Positions 9,954 through 21,027 of a stretch of DNA of 64,000 nucleotides are shown here, piece after piece. Origin of the DNA: an uncultured Acidobacteriota bacterium (lineage in GTDB: Bacteria > Acidobacteriota > Thermoanaerobaculia > Multivoradales > JAHEKO01). The translations under genes and the position numbers were made by a program. The notes under the pieces are model-generated. The model saw nothing but the letters and a program-made list of their open reading frames with translations. It had not been told where the DNA came from and did not search any database. Numbering within the stretch: the stretch's first letter is position 1; each line of letters starts with the position of its first letter. The DNA lies in contig CAVQNG010000003.1 of assembly GCA_963713825.1 (NCBI GenBank), forward strand, positions 64,001-128,000. The letters are read 5' to 3'.

Positions 9954-11237
9954 CTAGCGCTCCGCGATGGGTACGAAGTCTCGCTCGGTCTCACCGACGT
10001 AGATCTGCCGGGGGCGGTGGATCTTGCCCTCGGGATCGGCGCGCATCTCTCGCCAGTGGGCGATCCAGCCTGGAAGCCGGCCGAGAGCGAACATGACCGT
10101 GAACATATTGGTCGGAATCCCCATCGCTCGATACAGGATGCCGCTGTAGAAATCGACATTCGGGTAGAGCTTGCGCTCGACGAAGTAGTCGTCCTTGAGC
10201 GCGATCTCTTCGAGGTTCCGAGCGATGTCCAGCAGGGGGTCGTCCACGCCCAGCTCATCCAGCACCTGATCGGCCGACTTCCTGAGCAGCTGTGCTCTGG
10301 GATCGTAGTTCTTGTAAACGCGATGCCCGAAGCCCATGAGACGAAAGCCCGACTCTTTGTCTTTCGCCATGTCCATGTACTTCTGATAGTTGCCGCCGTC
10401 CTTGCGGATCAACTCGAGCATCTCGATCACCTTCTGGTTGGCACCGCCGTGCAGAGGTCCCGAAAGGGCGCTGATGCCGGCAGAGATCGAAGCGAACAAG
10501 TTGGCCTCGCTGCTGCCGACCATTCTCACTGTCGAAGTACTGCAGTTCTGCTCGTGGTCCGCATGCAGGATCAAGAGCAGATTCAGAGCCGAGTCCAGGA
10601 CCGCCGGGACCTCATAGGGCTCCGTGGGAACGGAGAACATCATGTACAAGAAGTTCTCGGTGTAGGACAGATCGTTGCGCGGATAGACGAACGGCTGACC
10701 CACAGACTTCTTGTACGAGAAGGCCGCGATGGTACTGACTTTGGCGATCAATCGGATGATGTTCCGGTTGATGTCCGCTTCCGTAGTCGTGTCCCGATAG
10801 TAGGTGGAGAGCGCCGCCACCATCGACGACAGAATCGCCATCGGATGGGAGTTCGGCGGAAAGCCCTCGAAGAATTTCTTCATGTCCTCGTGCAGCAGGG
10901 TGTGACGCGTCAGGGCCATCCGAAAGTCGTCGTACTCGCTGGCCGTTGGGAGCCGTCCATAGACCAGCAGGAAACAGACCTCTGCAAAACTGGCGGCCTC
11001 CGCGACCTGCTCGATCGGGTAGCCCCGGTAGCGCAGGATGCCCTTCTCGCCGTCGATGAAGGTGATCGAGCTCGAGCAGGATCCGGTGTTGCCGTACCCC
11101 GGATCGTAGGTAATCAGGCTGGTATTGGCCCGTAGCTTGCGGACATCGAGGCCGACCTCCTGCTCGGTGCCAACGATGGCCTTCATCTCATAGTCGATGT
11201 CGCCCAGATTCAGCTTGGCGGTCTGTTCATCAGTCAT
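9954..11237 (-). CDS. gltA: Citrate synthase
   Basis: TFIDGEKGILRYRGYPIE, LHADHEQNCST, GPLHGGAN, GFGHRVYK, YPNVDFYSG. GGAG SD before ATG 11237. Confidence 0.97.
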   Translation of the reverse strand: MTDEQTAKLNLGDIDYEMKAIVGTEQEVGLDVRKLRANTSLITYDPGYGNTGSCSSSITFIDGEKGILRYRGYPIEQVAEAASFAEVCFLLVYGRLPTASEYDDFRMALTRHTLLHEDMKKFFEGFPPNSHPMAILSSMVAALSTYYRDTTTEADINRNIIRLIAKVSTIAAFSYKKSVGQPFVYPRNDLSYTENFLYMMFSVPTEPYEVPAVLDSALNLLLILHADHEQNCSTSTVRMVGSSEANLFASISAGISALSGPLHGGANQKVIEMLELIRKDGGNYQKYMDMAKDKESGFRLMGFGHRVYKNYDPRAQLLRKSADQVLDELGVDDPLLDIARNLEEIALKDDYFVERKLYPNVDFYSGILYRAMGIPTNMFTVMFALGRLPGWIAHWREMRADPEGKIHRPRQIYVGETERDFVPIAER

Positions 11238-11417
11238 AGGAATCTCCACGGTTGCTGCACAGCAGGCACTCTGCGCTTGGCGAAAGTGTAGGAACTGTCA
11301 AGGTCGATTCGAGCGAGCTGGCTTGAGCGACACAGGAATCGCTGGCGAATTCTATCTGCCGCCCTGCAGTCGCGCAATCACACCGCCCCCGCGCCTCGAC
11401 GCAGCGGCCTGCGGGTG

Positions 11418-12398
11418 TCATAGCCTCTTCAAGAACTCGATCGTCGGGGGCAGGCCTTCGTCGAGTCCTCGCGGATGCCAGTCGAGCTCCTGTCTGGCTG
11501 CCGAGTCGTCGAAGCACCACTGACGCTGCAAGCTCTCGAGGTGCTGCTTGCTCACAGGCTGCCGCTTCCCACGCAGTCGGTACACCAGATCCATGGCCGT
11601 CAGCAGCCACCAGGCCACCCCGGCTGAGATCTGGATTCGAGGGCGGGAAACACCGGTCAACGCACAGACTTTGTCGACCGCTTCTTCGATCGTCGCGACC
11701 TCGCCAGTCATCAGGAAATTCTGGCCTGGTGGAGCCGTCTGCACGATCCGATCGACTCCATCGACCAGGTCATCCAGGTAGACCCAGCTCGTCTTCAGCC
11801 TGGCACTGATGAGGGCGGGCAGGCGACCCTGCACCGCGAGCCGGATCAGCGAATTGATCCCCCGCTTGCCTCCCGGCGGCCCGTAGACCAGGCTGGGGTA
11901 GACCGTGTTGACCAACAGCCCCTTGGCTGCCCAGCCCTGCACTGCTTGCTCCGCTGCGTGTTTGGTGGCGCTGTAGTCCGTCGGAAACGGTAGCTGCGGA
12001 GCAGAATCTTCGCGCGCTGGAGAGCCATCTGGCGGGCTACCCCCGAAATAGGCCATCGACGAGATGGACAAGAATCGGCCGGCACCCGCATCGAGAGCAG
12101 TGCCCGCCACGGTGTCGCTCCCCAGAACATTGGCTCGCTGCATCGCGTCGGGGCCGCCACGAGGGTCGATCATCGCCGCGCAGTGCACGACCCAATCGCT
12201 GCCAGACATCGCCTCGAGCAGACTCTCCGCGTCGGTAATGTCGCCCACGTGGCAACGAACACCCAGGGCGTCGAGCTCTTGCCGGTCGCTCGTCGGTCGC
12301 ACCAGAGCGTGTATCTCGTGCCCCTGCTGCCGCCAAAACCGACTCAGAGCACTCCCAATGTAACCAGTGGCACCGGTTATGAACAGCCTCATTTTCAC
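11418..12398 (-). CDS. NAD-dependent epimerase/dehydratase (extended SDR, dihydroflavonol reductase-like)
   Basis: ITGATGYIG, YSATK, PSLVYGP. Confidence 0.85.
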   Translation of the reverse strand: MKMRLFITGATGYIGSALSRFWRQQGHEIHALVRPTSDRQELDALGVRCHVGDITDAESLLEAMSGSDWVVHCAAMIDPRGGPDAMQRANVLGSDTVAGTALDAGAGRFLSISSMAYFGGSPPDGSPAREDSAPQLPFPTDYSATKHAAEQAVQGWAAKGLLVNTVYPSLVYGPPGGKRGINSLIRLAVQGRLPALISARLKTSWVYLDDLVDGVDRIVQTAPPGQNFLMTGEVATIEEAVDKVCALTGVSRPRIQISAGVAWWLLTAMDLVYRLRGKRQPVSKQHLESLQRQWCFDDSAARQELDWHPRGLDEGLPPTIEFLKRL

Positions 12399-12498
12399 TG
12401 CCTTTTCAGGTCTCGAGAGCTACTCGATCGATCGAATTTCAGCGGACGGGAATCCAAACGGCTACTTGCAACGTTATTAAGGATGAACGGTTGCAGTT

Positions 12499-12596
12499 GG
12501 GAGCTGGGACCGTTCCAGAGTCTTCGAGGCTCTGCATTCCTCTTCAGCTCCCTCTCCTCCCCCCGTGCCGGATCCCTCCCCGGCACGGGGCTTTTT
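12499..12596 (+). ncRNA. Candidate small RNA: structured hairpin plus intrinsic terminator
   Basis: GGGAGCTG...CAGCTCCC stem enclosing CAGAGTC-TTCGA-GGCTCTG, then CCCCGTGCCGG/CCGGCACGGGG-CTTTTT. It lies on the strand opposite to both flanking genes. Confidence 0.45.
12561..12596 (+). terminator. Rho-independent terminator
   Basis: 11-bp GC stem followed by C and TTTTT. Confidence 0.75.
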
Positions 12597-12619
12597 CGTA
12601 CTGGGATCTTCGCCAGCCC

Positions 12620-15364
12620 TCAGTCCGTCTCGAGAAGCTGTCTGAGCACGAACTGCAGAATGCCGCCATTTTGGAAATAGAGGACCTCCTGAGGTGTATC
12701 CAGACGGACGCGCGCCTTGAATCTCAGCCTCTCACCCTGTTCATCTACTGCCGTCACTCCCACCTCCAGGTTCTTCTCGAAGCTGCCTGCCAGACCTTCA
12801 CCGATACCTTGGATGGTGAATTGCTCGTGGCCCGAAAGGCCCAGCGATTGGGTTGATTCACCCGCCAGGAACTCCAGAGGCAAGATTCCCATTCCAACCA
12901 GGTTGCTACGGTGAATGCGCTCGAAGCTCTCGGCGATCACCGCTCGGACGCCCAGCAGTGAAGGGCCCTTGGCCGCCCAGTCACGGGACGAACCGGTCCC
13001 GTACTCCTTGCCCGCCAGCACGATCAGGGGAACGCCCTCCTCCTGATAGAGCATGGAGGCGTCGAAGATCGTCATCGGCACCTCATCAGGCAGGTGGAGC
13101 GTGAATCCACCCTCCAGCGACGGCACGAGTCGATTCCGGAAACGCACGTTCGCGAAGGTGCCGCGCACCATGACTTCGTGATTGCCGCGGCGGGAGCCGT
13201 AGGAATTGAAGTCCCGCGGCTCGACTCCCCTCTCCACCAGGTAGCAACCGGCGGGGCTGTCTGCCTTGATGGCACCCGCCGGCGAGATGTGATCGGTGGT
13301 GATGGAATCGCCGACGACAGCGAGTGCTCTCGCCGCCTCGATGTCCTGAATCGCCGCTGGCTCAGCCGGCAAGTCGATGAAGTACGGTGGCAGCTTGACA
13401 TAGGTCGAGGCAGGGTCCCAAGCGTAGGTGTCGCCCTCCGGCACCGGCATGGCGATCCACTGCTCATCGCCCTCGAAGACCTGGCCGTACTCCCTGGTGA
13501 ACATCTCCGAATGCAGAGCGCTCCCGACCGTCTCTGCAACTTCCTGCCGCGAGGGCCAGAGTTCCTTGAGGTAGACGGGCTCACCGTCCCTATCGGTCCC
13601 CAACGGCTCGTTGTAGAGATCCACATCGATCGTGCCTGCAAGGGCGTAGGCCACGACAAGCGGGGGTGAGGCCAGATAGTTGGCGCGCACATCCGAGCTG
13701 ATGCGGCCCTCGAAGTTGCGATTGCCCGACAGAACCGCAACGGCCACCAGGTTGTTGCTGCGGATGGCCTCGGAGATCGGAGCGGGCAGCGGGCCACTGT
13801 TACCGATGCACGTCGTACAGCCATAGCCCACGAGATTGAAACGGAGAGCGTCCAGGAAGGACTGCAGACCGGCTTCTTCGAGATAGTCGGTAACCACCTT
13901 GGAGCCCGGCGCCAGACTGGTCTTGACCCAGGGCTTGGTCGTCAAACCCCTCTCGACTGCCGCCTTCGCCAGCAGGCCCGCCGCCACCATCACAGACGGG
14001 TTGGAGGTGTTGGTGCAACTCGTGATGGCGGCGATGACCACCGAGCCGCTCTCGAGATCGAACTCCTCGCCGCCAAGGGTAGTTCGAACGGCTGTTTCCT
14101 TTGCCGGTGTGACGGCAACGCCGCCCTCGTCCGCTGCGGCCGACGACCCACCTGTCGGGGCCGAGAGCTGTCCCAATTGGCTCGCGAAGGACTGCTTGAC
14201 GTCGCCGAGGAGAATTCGGTCCTGTGGTCGCTTGGGGCCTGCCAAGCTCGCCTGCACGGATGACAGATCCAACTCGAGTGTGTCGGAGTATTCGGCCTCC
14301 GGGCTACTTGCGGTGTGAAAGAGCCCCTGCTCCTTCATGTAAGCCTCGACAAGGTCGATCTGGTCCTGCGGACGGCCCGTCAGCGCCAGGTAGTCGAGTG
14401 TCGCGGCGTCGACCGGGAAGATGCCGCAGGTGGCGCCGTACTCGGGAGCCATGTTGGCCAGCGTCGCCCGGTCCGCCAGTGGCAGCCCTGCCAGTCCCGG
14501 CCCGAAGTACTCCACGAACTTGCCCACCACCCCTCTCGCCCGCAGCATCTCGGTGACGGTGAGTACCAAATCGGTGGCTGTCGCACCTTCGCTCAACTCG
14601 CCGATCAGCCGAAAACCGACGACCTGCGGCACCAGCATGGAGATCGGTTGACCGAGCATGGCAGCCTCGGCTTCGATACCGCCGACACCCCAACCGAGGA
14701 TACCCAGGCCATTGATCATCGTGGTGTGGGAGTCGGTACCCACGAGGGTGTCCGGATAGGCATAGGCGGGCTCGCCGCCCGTCTCCTCCAACATGACAAC
14801 CCGGCCCAGATACTCCAGATTGACCTGGTGAACGATGCCGGTGCCAGGCGGCACGACCTTGAAGTTGTCGAACGCCTTCTGACCCCATTTCAAGAATCCG
14901 TAGCGCTCCCCGTTGCGCTCGAATTCGAGCTCCTTGTTGATCAGAAAGGCCGCATCTGTACCGTACTCGTCCACCTGGACCGAATGATCGATGACGAGCT
15001 CGGCGGGCTGCAGAGGATTGATCTTCTTCGGATTGCCACCCATCACCCGCATGGCGTCGCGCATGGCCGCCAGATCGACGATCGCCGGCACGCCGGTGAA
15101 GTCCTGGAGCAGAACCCGGGCCGGCATGAACGCGATCTCGACCGCTGGCTGTGCCTGTGAATCCCAGGTTGCTACGGCTTCGATATCCTCTGCCGTAACC
15201 GCCGCGCCATCCTCGCGACGCAGCAGGTTCTCGAGCAGAATCCGCATGCTGAAAGGCAACCGCCCCAACGACCAACCCTGCTTTTCGAGTGCCATGAGCG
15301 AGGCGATCCGCAACTCCGAGCTCCCGAGCTTCATGGTGGTCTTGGCTGAATAGCTATCCATCAT
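12620..15364 (-). CDS. acnA: Aconitate hydratase AcnA
   Basis: [65 protein letters not shown]. Confidence 0.97.
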   Translation of the reverse strand: MMDSYSAKTTMKLGSSELRIASLMALEKQGWSLGRLPFSMRILLENLLRREDGAAVTAEDIEAVATWDSQAQPAVEIAFMPARVLLQDFTGVPAIVDLAAMRDAMRVMGGNPKKINPLQPAELVIDHSVQVDEYGTDAAFLINKELEFERNGERYGFLKWGQKAFDNFKVVPPGTGIVHQVNLEYLGRVVMLEETGGEPAYAYPDTLVGTDSHTTMINGLGILGWGVGGIEAEAAMLGQPISMLVPQVVGFRLIGELSEGATATDLVLTVTEMLRARGVVGKFVEYFGPGLAGLPLADRATLANMAPEYGATCGIFPVDAATLDYLALTGRPQDQIDLVEAYMKEQGLFHTASSPEAEYSDTLELDLSSVQASLAGPKRPQDRILLGDVKQSFASQLGQLSAPTGGSSAAADEGGVAVTPAKETAVRTTLGGEEFDLESGSVVIAAITSCTNTSNPSVMVAAGLLAKAAVERGLTTKPWVKTSLAPGSKVVTDYLEEAGLQSFLDALRFNLVGYGCTTCIGNSGPLPAPISEAIRSNNLVAVAVLSGNRNFEGRISSDVRANYLASPPLVVAYALAGTIDVDLYNEPLGTDRDGEPVYLKELWPSRQEVAETVGSALHSEMFTREYGQVFEGDEQWIAMPVPEGDTYAWDPASTYVKLPPYFIDLPAEPAAIQDIEAARALAVVGDSITTDHISPAGAIKADSPAGCYLVERGVEPRDFNSYGSRRGNHEVMVRGTFANVRFRNRLVPSLEGGFTLHLPDEVPMTIFDASMLYQEEGVPLIVLAGKEYGTGSSRDWAAKGPSLLGVRAVIAESFERIHRSNLVGMGILPLEFLAGESTQSLGLSGHEQFTIQGIGEGLAGSFEKNLEVGVTAVDEQGERLRFKARVRLDTPQEVLYFQNGGILQFVLRQLLETD

Positions 15365-15520
15365 CCTCTACCTTCTTTCTTGTCGAGTCCTTGGGCTTGA
15401 TTCGTGCCAGAGCGTCGCCCGCGCTCTGGCGGTGACTTCGGAGTGAACAAGATAGCGCAATCCCCAAGGAGTTGCACCCAGGGGCCAGCCGAATGAGCTC
15501 GCTATCTGGCGTCTCTTGCC

Positions 15521-16984
15521 CTAGTTGTCGAGATAGCCCAGAGCCTCGAGACGCTGCCGCAGATCTTCATCCAGGTCGACTTCATCCGACGAATCGAGTC
15601 CAAGCAGCGACCTCAGCTCCTGGGCCTTGGCCAGCTCTGCCTGCATCGGACCTGCAACCTCGTCGGTCAGGATTGGCTGCATCTCTCGACGATCGTCATG
15701 CAGCTGATAGAGCCAGCCGGGGACCACATCGTCTCTTTGCAGGAGCTTCTGCTTCTCGGTTCTCAGGGCACGCAGGGAGTTTCCATCCACGGTCAGCTCG
15801 GATAGCGAAGTGACGGCGGGCAACTCCCCACCCCGGAAGAGCGGGTTCAGGTCACGACCCTGGGTCTTCAGATCTCCGGCAAGGCCGGCGGCCGCCGCCA
15901 ACGTCGGCATGATGTCGATCAGCCGCACCTGGTCCTCGACCACCGTGCCGGAGCTCAACTGTCCGGGCCAATGGGCGATCAACGGCACCCGGATCATCTC
16001 GTCGAACAGTGTCCGCCGGTGCCCCTTCCCGCCATGCTCGAAGAACTCCTCACCATGATCGGCGGTAATCACTGTCAAGGTGTCGTCCATGAGACCGCGA
16101 CTGTCCAGGGCCTCGAAGATGAGACGCAAGTGGTCGTCGGTGAAGCGAATCTCGCCATCGTAGAGGGCGATCAAGTGCTCGAGATCGCGTTGGTCCATCT
16201 GTTGAGAAATCGCCGGGTTGCTCGCCAGGTTCTCCCCCGTCAGATCACCTTCGTAGTCGGGATCGAAGAGCTCGACATAGTCCTGGGGAGGGATGTAGTC
16301 GTAATGCACGTCCCACAGGTGAAGGAACAAGAAGTAGGGTCTCTCCACCCCCGACTCGGCCCAGCGCGTCACTTCTGCAAGCGTTCGCGGCGAAGTGATG
16401 TCGGCGTGGCTGGGCACTCTATCGAGCTCCAGATCCTGCCGTACGTCTTGCCCCAACTCCGAGCCTGCACCCGCCATGCAACTCCGATAAACGTCGAACC
16501 CCTGGTCGAGACCGAACGTCGGATGAAGAAAGGGACCACCGAAGAATCCGGCGGTGTGGTAGCCACCGTTTCGCAGCACCTCGGCAATCGTCAGAACACT
16601 CTCCGCCAGCCGTTGGTCATCGGTGACCAGGCCGTGGGTCGAATCGTAAAGACCGCTGAACAGTGCCGCGTGGGAGGGCAGTGTCCACGACGTAGTGCTG
16701 ATGGCGTTCTCGAATCGAACGCCTTCGGAAGCCAGCTGATCCACGAACGGACTGGTCTTGCGTGGGTATCCGTAGCAGCCCAGATTGTCGGCTCGAAGGC
16801 TGTCGATCGACACCAGAATGATGTCGGGGCGGGGGTGCTCGTCGGTACAACCCGTCAGGACTCCCCCAGCGCCAACGACTCCCGCCGTGAGAGCGAATGC
16901 CTTCAGAGCTCGGAGAATCCCACCCCGTTTGCGACGGACCGAGAGCGTCAGGTCAGCTTTGGCCGCTCGCCGGGGCCAGCCCAC
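15521..16984 (-). CDS. Sulfatase-family lipoprotein (Thr at the formylglycine position)
   Basis: ILVSIDSLRAD, WTLPSHAALFSG, ADHGEEF.EHG, LEALGY. Lipobox VLTGC. Start inferred at GTG 16984 behind AGGGAG. Confidence 0.8.
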   Translation of the reverse strand: MGWPRRAAKADLTLSVRRKRGGILRALKAFALTAGVVGAGGVLTGCTDEHPRPDIILVSIDSLRADNLGCYGYPRKTSPFVDQLASEGVRFENAISTTSWTLPSHAALFSGLYDSTHGLVTDDQRLAESVLTIAEVLRNGGYHTAGFFGGPFLHPTFGLDQGFDVYRSCMAGAGSELGQDVRQDLELDRVPSHADITSPRTLAEVTRWAESGVERPYFLFLHLWDVHYDYIPPQDYVELFDPDYEGDLTGENLASNPAISQQMDQRDLEHLIALYDGEIRFTDDHLRLIFEALDSRGLMDDTLTVITADHGEEFFEHGGKGHRRTLFDEMIRVPLIAHWPGQLSSGTVVEDQVRLIDIMPTLAAAAGLAGDLKTQGRDLNPLFRGGELPAVTSLSELTVDGNSLRALRTEKQKLLQRDDVVPGWLYQLHDDRREMQPILTDEVAGPMQAELAKAQELRSLLGLDSSDEVDLDEDLRQRLEALGYLDN

Positions 16985-16985
16985 C

Positions 16986-18227
16986 TCACGACTCCCTTGT
17001 CGGCGGAACGGCCGAATCCACATCTTGAATGGCGGGCGGTCCCGCATCGACATCGGGGATGGTCGCAGAGAAGAAATGGACGAAGACCATCAGCCCGGCA
17101 GCGACAAAGAACGGGCTCGAAATGCCCAGCGACTGAAAGAGAGCGCCGGCCCAAAGCGGCCCGACCATTCTCGCGATGCCGCCAAAGGACTGCTGCACGC
17201 CCAGGATCAGGCCGGTTTGACTCGGATCGGCCAGCTTGGAGACCTGGGAGGTGGTGGCCGGAAACAGCAGGGCGGTGCCGACTGGCATGAAGAGCACCGC
17301 CAGGCTGAACTGCCAGATGTTCTGAGCGAAGGGTACCGTAGCCAGGGCGATGGCCATGAACAGCGAGCCGGCTCGCATCACCTGAATCTCGCCAAAACGC
17401 CGCACTGCCCGGCCGAGAACCAGGGTTCGCATGACCAGCGAAGCGGCTCCCACGTACACGAAGAACCAGCCGATCGTCTCTACGGTGATACCGAAACGGC
17501 GCTCGAGAAACAGCGCCAGAACACCGTTCATCGCCATGAAGGCCATCATGCCGAGAGCGTAGATCCAGACCATCGAACCGACACCGCCTCGTGGGTGGGT
17601 CAGGACATCGACCATGGCCTCACGAGTTGCTCCCTTCGGTCTGACAGTCTGTTTTCGGGCCTCCTTGCCTCGATCGGACTCCGGCAGCCACCACAGGCCG
17701 AACAGGAAGTTGAGCACACACAGGCTCGCGGCCAGATAGCCGGGACCGATGAATCCGTAGGCTGCCGCCAACGATCCGATGGCCGGACCGAGCATCACTC
17801 CGGCAGAAGTCGCCGCAGTCAGCCAACCCAAGGCCTTGGCCCGATCCCCCGAGGGCACTGAGTCGCTGATGTAGGCCTGGACCACTCCAACCGTGCCTCC
17901 GGCTGCTCCCTGGACAAATCTGGAGAGGAAGAGGAGCACTACGGTCGAGGCCGACTCGAACAGCACATAGGACACAGCCGAGATCAGCAGCCCGCCTAGA
18001 ATCATCGGCCGCCGCCCGTAGCGATCCGACAGCCTGCCCCACAGTGGAGCGCTGGCGAGCTGCGCCAGGGCAAAGGTGGACACCAGGGCCCCGATCATGA
18101 ACGGGGTGGCTCCCAGGCGCTCCGCATAGAAGGGCAACAGCGGCAGCACAATGAGGAAGCCGATCATGTCGACGAAGACCGTCCACATCAGCACCCACAT
18201 TCGTCGTACGAAGTCTCTCGCTTCCAT
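16986..18227 (-). CDS. MFS transporter (TetA/DHA1-like)
   Basis: VFVDMIGFLIVLPLLP, GRLSDRYGRRP (motif A), LGPAIG; about 12 TM helices. Confidence 0.9.
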   Translation of the reverse strand: MEARDFVRRMWVLMWTVFVDMIGFLIVLPLLPFYAERLGATPFMIGALVSTFALAQLASAPLWGRLSDRYGRRPMILGGLLISAVSYVLFESASTVVLLFLSRFVQGAAGGTVGVVQAYISDSVPSGDRAKALGWLTAATSAGVMLGPAIGSLAAAYGFIGPGYLAASLCVLNFLFGLWWLPESDRGKEARKQTVRPKGATREAMVDVLTHPRGGVGSMVWIYALGMMAFMAMNGVLALFLERRFGITVETIGWFFVYVGAASLVMRTLVLGRAVRRFGEIQVMRAGSLFMAIALATVPFAQNIWQFSLAVLFMPVGTALLFPATTSQVSKLADPSQTGLILGVQQSFGGIARMVGPLWAGALFQSLGISSPFFVAAGLMVFVHFFSATIPDVDAGPPAIQDVDSAVPPTRES

Positions 18228-18234
18228 GATCGAC

Positions 18235-19890
18235 TCAGGCTTTCCGCTCGCGGCCCCAAAGGAGAAAGGCCGTGGCACTCACCAGCATCAAAAGCACACC
18301 GTAGACCGCTGCGACTCCGGTGTCCTGCAGTCGGAGGCTGGAGAGGATCTCGATGGAGATCGGGCGGGTATCGTAGGTATAGAGCACGATAGAAGTAACG
18401 AAGTCCCCAAGTGCCGTGATGAAAGCCAGGCTAGCACCGGCCAGGATTGCTGGCCGAAGAAGCGGCAGCGTGACTCGCCAGATCCTGCGAAGACGCCCCG
18501 CGCCGAGAGAAGCCGCCGCTTCCTCCAGCGACGGATCCATCTGACGCAGCCCCGCCAGCGAGCTCCGACCGGTCAATGGGAGACTCCTCACCAGATAGGC
18601 CATTGGCAAGATCCAGGGGGTTCCGACCAGAACGAGGCGCCCCAACTCGGGTCGGTTGACGCTGAACGCGGTTGCCAACGCGATGGCGAACACCGTGCCT
18701 GGAAGAGCCCAGGGGACCGAAAGCAGGGTTTCCAGAAGATCCCCGAGACGTCCGCCTCGCTTCACCGAGGTACGGGCCGCCGACAGTCCGAGAACGAGCG
18801 CTCCCAGCGTCGCTGCCGTCGCCATCCAGAGTGAGTTGAGAACGGGTCGAAGCCTCTCCGGCGTGCTGGCCAACGATCGGTAGTTGCTGATGTCGAGAAT
18901 CGGTGGCACCGCTTCGGTCGTCCACGTGCCTGGCGGCACGAATGAGATGACCAACAATGTCAGGTGAGGCAGCAAGAGGAGAACAGCCAGCCCCCAGCCC
19001 AGTGCCGCCGCACCGAGGCGTACCGCGGGGCGCCGCAACTGCCGTCGGATCGGGGCGATGCCCCGCACCCCTCCGACCACCGCTGTGCGGCCAGGTTCCG
19101 CCCGGCGCATGGCCCACAGTCCGAGGAATGCCAGCAGCGCCAGGGTGACGGTTTCCACCTGTGCCATGGCGATCTGCCCGTTCAGCTTGGAGGCCACGAT
19201 CTGGGTCGTCATGACCCGAAACCCTCCCCCAAAGATGTAGGGCGCCGAGAACGAGGCCAGCGAAGTCATAAAGGTCAGGAGTGCTGCACCCGCCAGGGCT
19301 GGGCCTAGCAAAGGGAGCGTCACACGAAAGAACCGGCGGCGGGGCCCCGCACCCAACGAGGCCGCAGCTTCCAGCACGGAGGCGTCGATGCGAACGAGTG
19401 CGGCTCGCGTGAACAGGTAGAAATACACGTACATGGAGTAGGCATGGACCAGCAAGATGGCCACCGGGCCCGACAGCCTCCAGGGCGCCTTCTCCAGACC
19501 CAAGACCGTCTGCACGCCGCGACTGACGAATCCGCTTTCGCCGTAGAGGAAGAGGAAGGCAATGACGCCGACCAGCGGCGGTAGAGCAACCGGCAGGGCA
19601 ATCAAGGCTCCGAGGGTTCGGCGCCCGGGAAAGTCCGTCCCTTCGAAGATCAGTCCGAGAGGCACGCCGACCAGTCCGGCCAGAACCACTGACGCGGCCG
19701 AGATCCACAAGCTCTGCCACAGCGCCCGCCACTCATCCGGTCGGCCGGCGAATTCGAGGAAAGGGGCCAAGCTGAAGGCACCGGGTAGTCCCAACGCTTC
19801 CAGGAGAGTGATGAGAAGTGGGTAACCGACCAGCCAGACCAGCACGAGAACCAGGGCAGCACCGCCAATCGACTGCTGTCGACGGCTCAT
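18235..19890 (-). CDS. Fe3+/thiamine/polyamine-type ABC transporter permease (FbpB-like)
   Basis: Two EAA loops (LEAAASLGA, LEEAAASLGA). ATGA overlap with the ATPase gene. Confidence 0.88.
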   Translation of the reverse strand: MSRRQQSIGGAALVLVLVWLVGYPLLITLLEALGLPGAFSLAPFLEFAGRPDEWRALWQSLWISAASVVLAGLVGVPLGLIFEGTDFPGRRTLGALIALPVALPPLVGVIAFLFLYGESGFVSRGVQTVLGLEKAPWRLSGPVAILLVHAYSMYVYFYLFTRAALVRIDASVLEAAASLGAGPRRRFFRVTLPLLGPALAGAALLTFMTSLASFSAPYIFGGGFRVMTTQIVASKLNGQIAMAQVETVTLALLAFLGLWAMRRAEPGRTAVVGGVRGIAPIRRQLRRPAVRLGAAALGWGLAVLLLLPHLTLLVISFVPPGTWTTEAVPPILDISNYRSLASTPERLRPVLNSLWMATAATLGALVLGLSAARTSVKRGGRLGDLLETLLSVPWALPGTVFAIALATAFSVNRPELGRLVLVGTPWILPMAYLVRSLPLTGRSSLAGLRQMDPSLEEAAASLGAGRLRRIWRVTLPLLRPAILAGASLAFITALGDFVTSIVLYTYDTRPISIEILSSLRLQDTGVAAVYGVLLMLVSATAFLLWGRERKA

Positions 19891-20975
19891 GCCGGGACCT
19901 CGTCCGGGCTCGGGAATGCTCGCGCTGCAGGCTCCGACTGCCGCAGAGCAACTCCCACCTGGGCGCCGATCTCCGCTCCGTCGGACGCACCCACCACCAA
20001 CACTTCCCCTTCCATCTCGAGACATACCCGGTAGTAGGTCACCTCGCCCCGATATTGCCTTTCCAGGACTTCTCCACCCAGGACATCCGGTTGCTCAGCC
20101 TCAACGAGCTCCAGACCCTCAGGACGAAGCGAGATCACGACGTCTTCACCCACCGCTACTTCACCCACCGTCAGAACGGGCCACGTCGCTCCCTGGCCTA
20201 CGAAGCGCTCGTCGCCCAGCCTCACCCGGTTCTCTGCCACGAGGCTTCCTTTCAGCGCCGAGGCTCGACCGACGAATCCGGCTACGAAGAGGCTCTGCGG
20301 TTCGAGATAGAGCTCTTCCGGAGTCCCGACCTGTTCGAGCCGGCCTTCGTTGAGCAGCGCGACGCGGTCTCCCACGTCGAAGGCCTCCTCCTGTTCGTGG
20401 GTAACCCAGACTGCGGTGATCCCGACCCTGCGGATGGCGTTCTTGAGCTCTCGTCGGGTCCGCTCACGGAGACTCGGATCCAGGTTCGACAGGGGCTCGT
20501 CCAAGAGCATCAAGCGGGGGTCGGGCGCCAACGCGCGAGCCAGGGCCACCCGCTGCTGCTGGCCTCCAGAGATCTCTTGTACCCGGCGGTCTTCGAATCC
20601 TTCCAGATCCACGAGCGGTAGGACTTCGGTGACACGCGACAGTCTCCGCTCGCGCGGCACGCCTCTGGACTCCAGTCCAAAGGCCACATTGCCAGCCACC
20701 GAAAGGTGTGGAAAAAGGGCATAGTGCTGAAAGACCATGCCGAAATTTCTCTTTTCCGGGGGCAGCGGAGTGACATCTTCGTCCGCCACCAGGATCTGCC
20801 CCTCATCGGGTTGCTCGAAGCCAGCGATGAGACGCAGGAGCGTCGTTTTGCCCGATCCGCTTGGACCCAGCAGTACCAGGACCTCGCCCGGCTCGACGTC
20901 GAGAGAGATCTCTCGCAACACCATGTGGTCGGCAAAGCTCTTCTGAAGACGATCCAGAATGAGAAAGGGGGGCAT
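19887..20975 (-). CDS. ABC transporter ATP-binding protein (FbpC/PotA-like, TOBE domain)
   Basis: GPSGSGKT, FQHYALFPH, ISGGQQQRVALARAL, LLDEP. Confidence 0.92.
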   Translation of the reverse strand: MPPFLILDRLQKSFADHMVLREISLDVEPGEVLVLLGPSGSGKTTLLRLIAGFEQPDEGQILVADEDVTPLPPEKRNFGMVFQHYALFPHLSVAGNVAFGLESRGVPRERRLSRVTEVLPLVDLEGFEDRRVQEISGGQQQRVALARALAPDPRLMLLDEPLSNLDPSLRERTRRELKNAIRRVGITAVWVTHEQEEAFDVGDRVALLNEGRLEQVGTPEELYLEPQSLFVAGFVGRASALKGSLVAENRVRLGDERFVGQGATWPVLTVGEVAVGEDVVISLRPEGLELVEAEQPDVLGGEVLERQYRGEVTYYRVCLEMEGEVLVVGASDGAEIGAQVGVALRQSEPAARAFPSPDEVPA

Positions 20976-21027
20976 GGGTCTGGTGAGAGATACGAAGTCA
21001 GAGGTGTGAGGTTCTAGAGGTCGGGGA

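Noticed and set aside
10017-11135. Long antisense ORFs (also 4358-5278, 15971-17290, 23754-25181, 27483-28763, 30905-32044, 58482-59504)
   Set aside because: These are shadow frames of well-supported genes, expected in high-GC DNA, with no recognisable motifs.
20976-21027. Short AGAGGT-like 7-mer repeats between ABC genes
   Set aside because: Too short and degenerate to call a feature, with no associated ORF.
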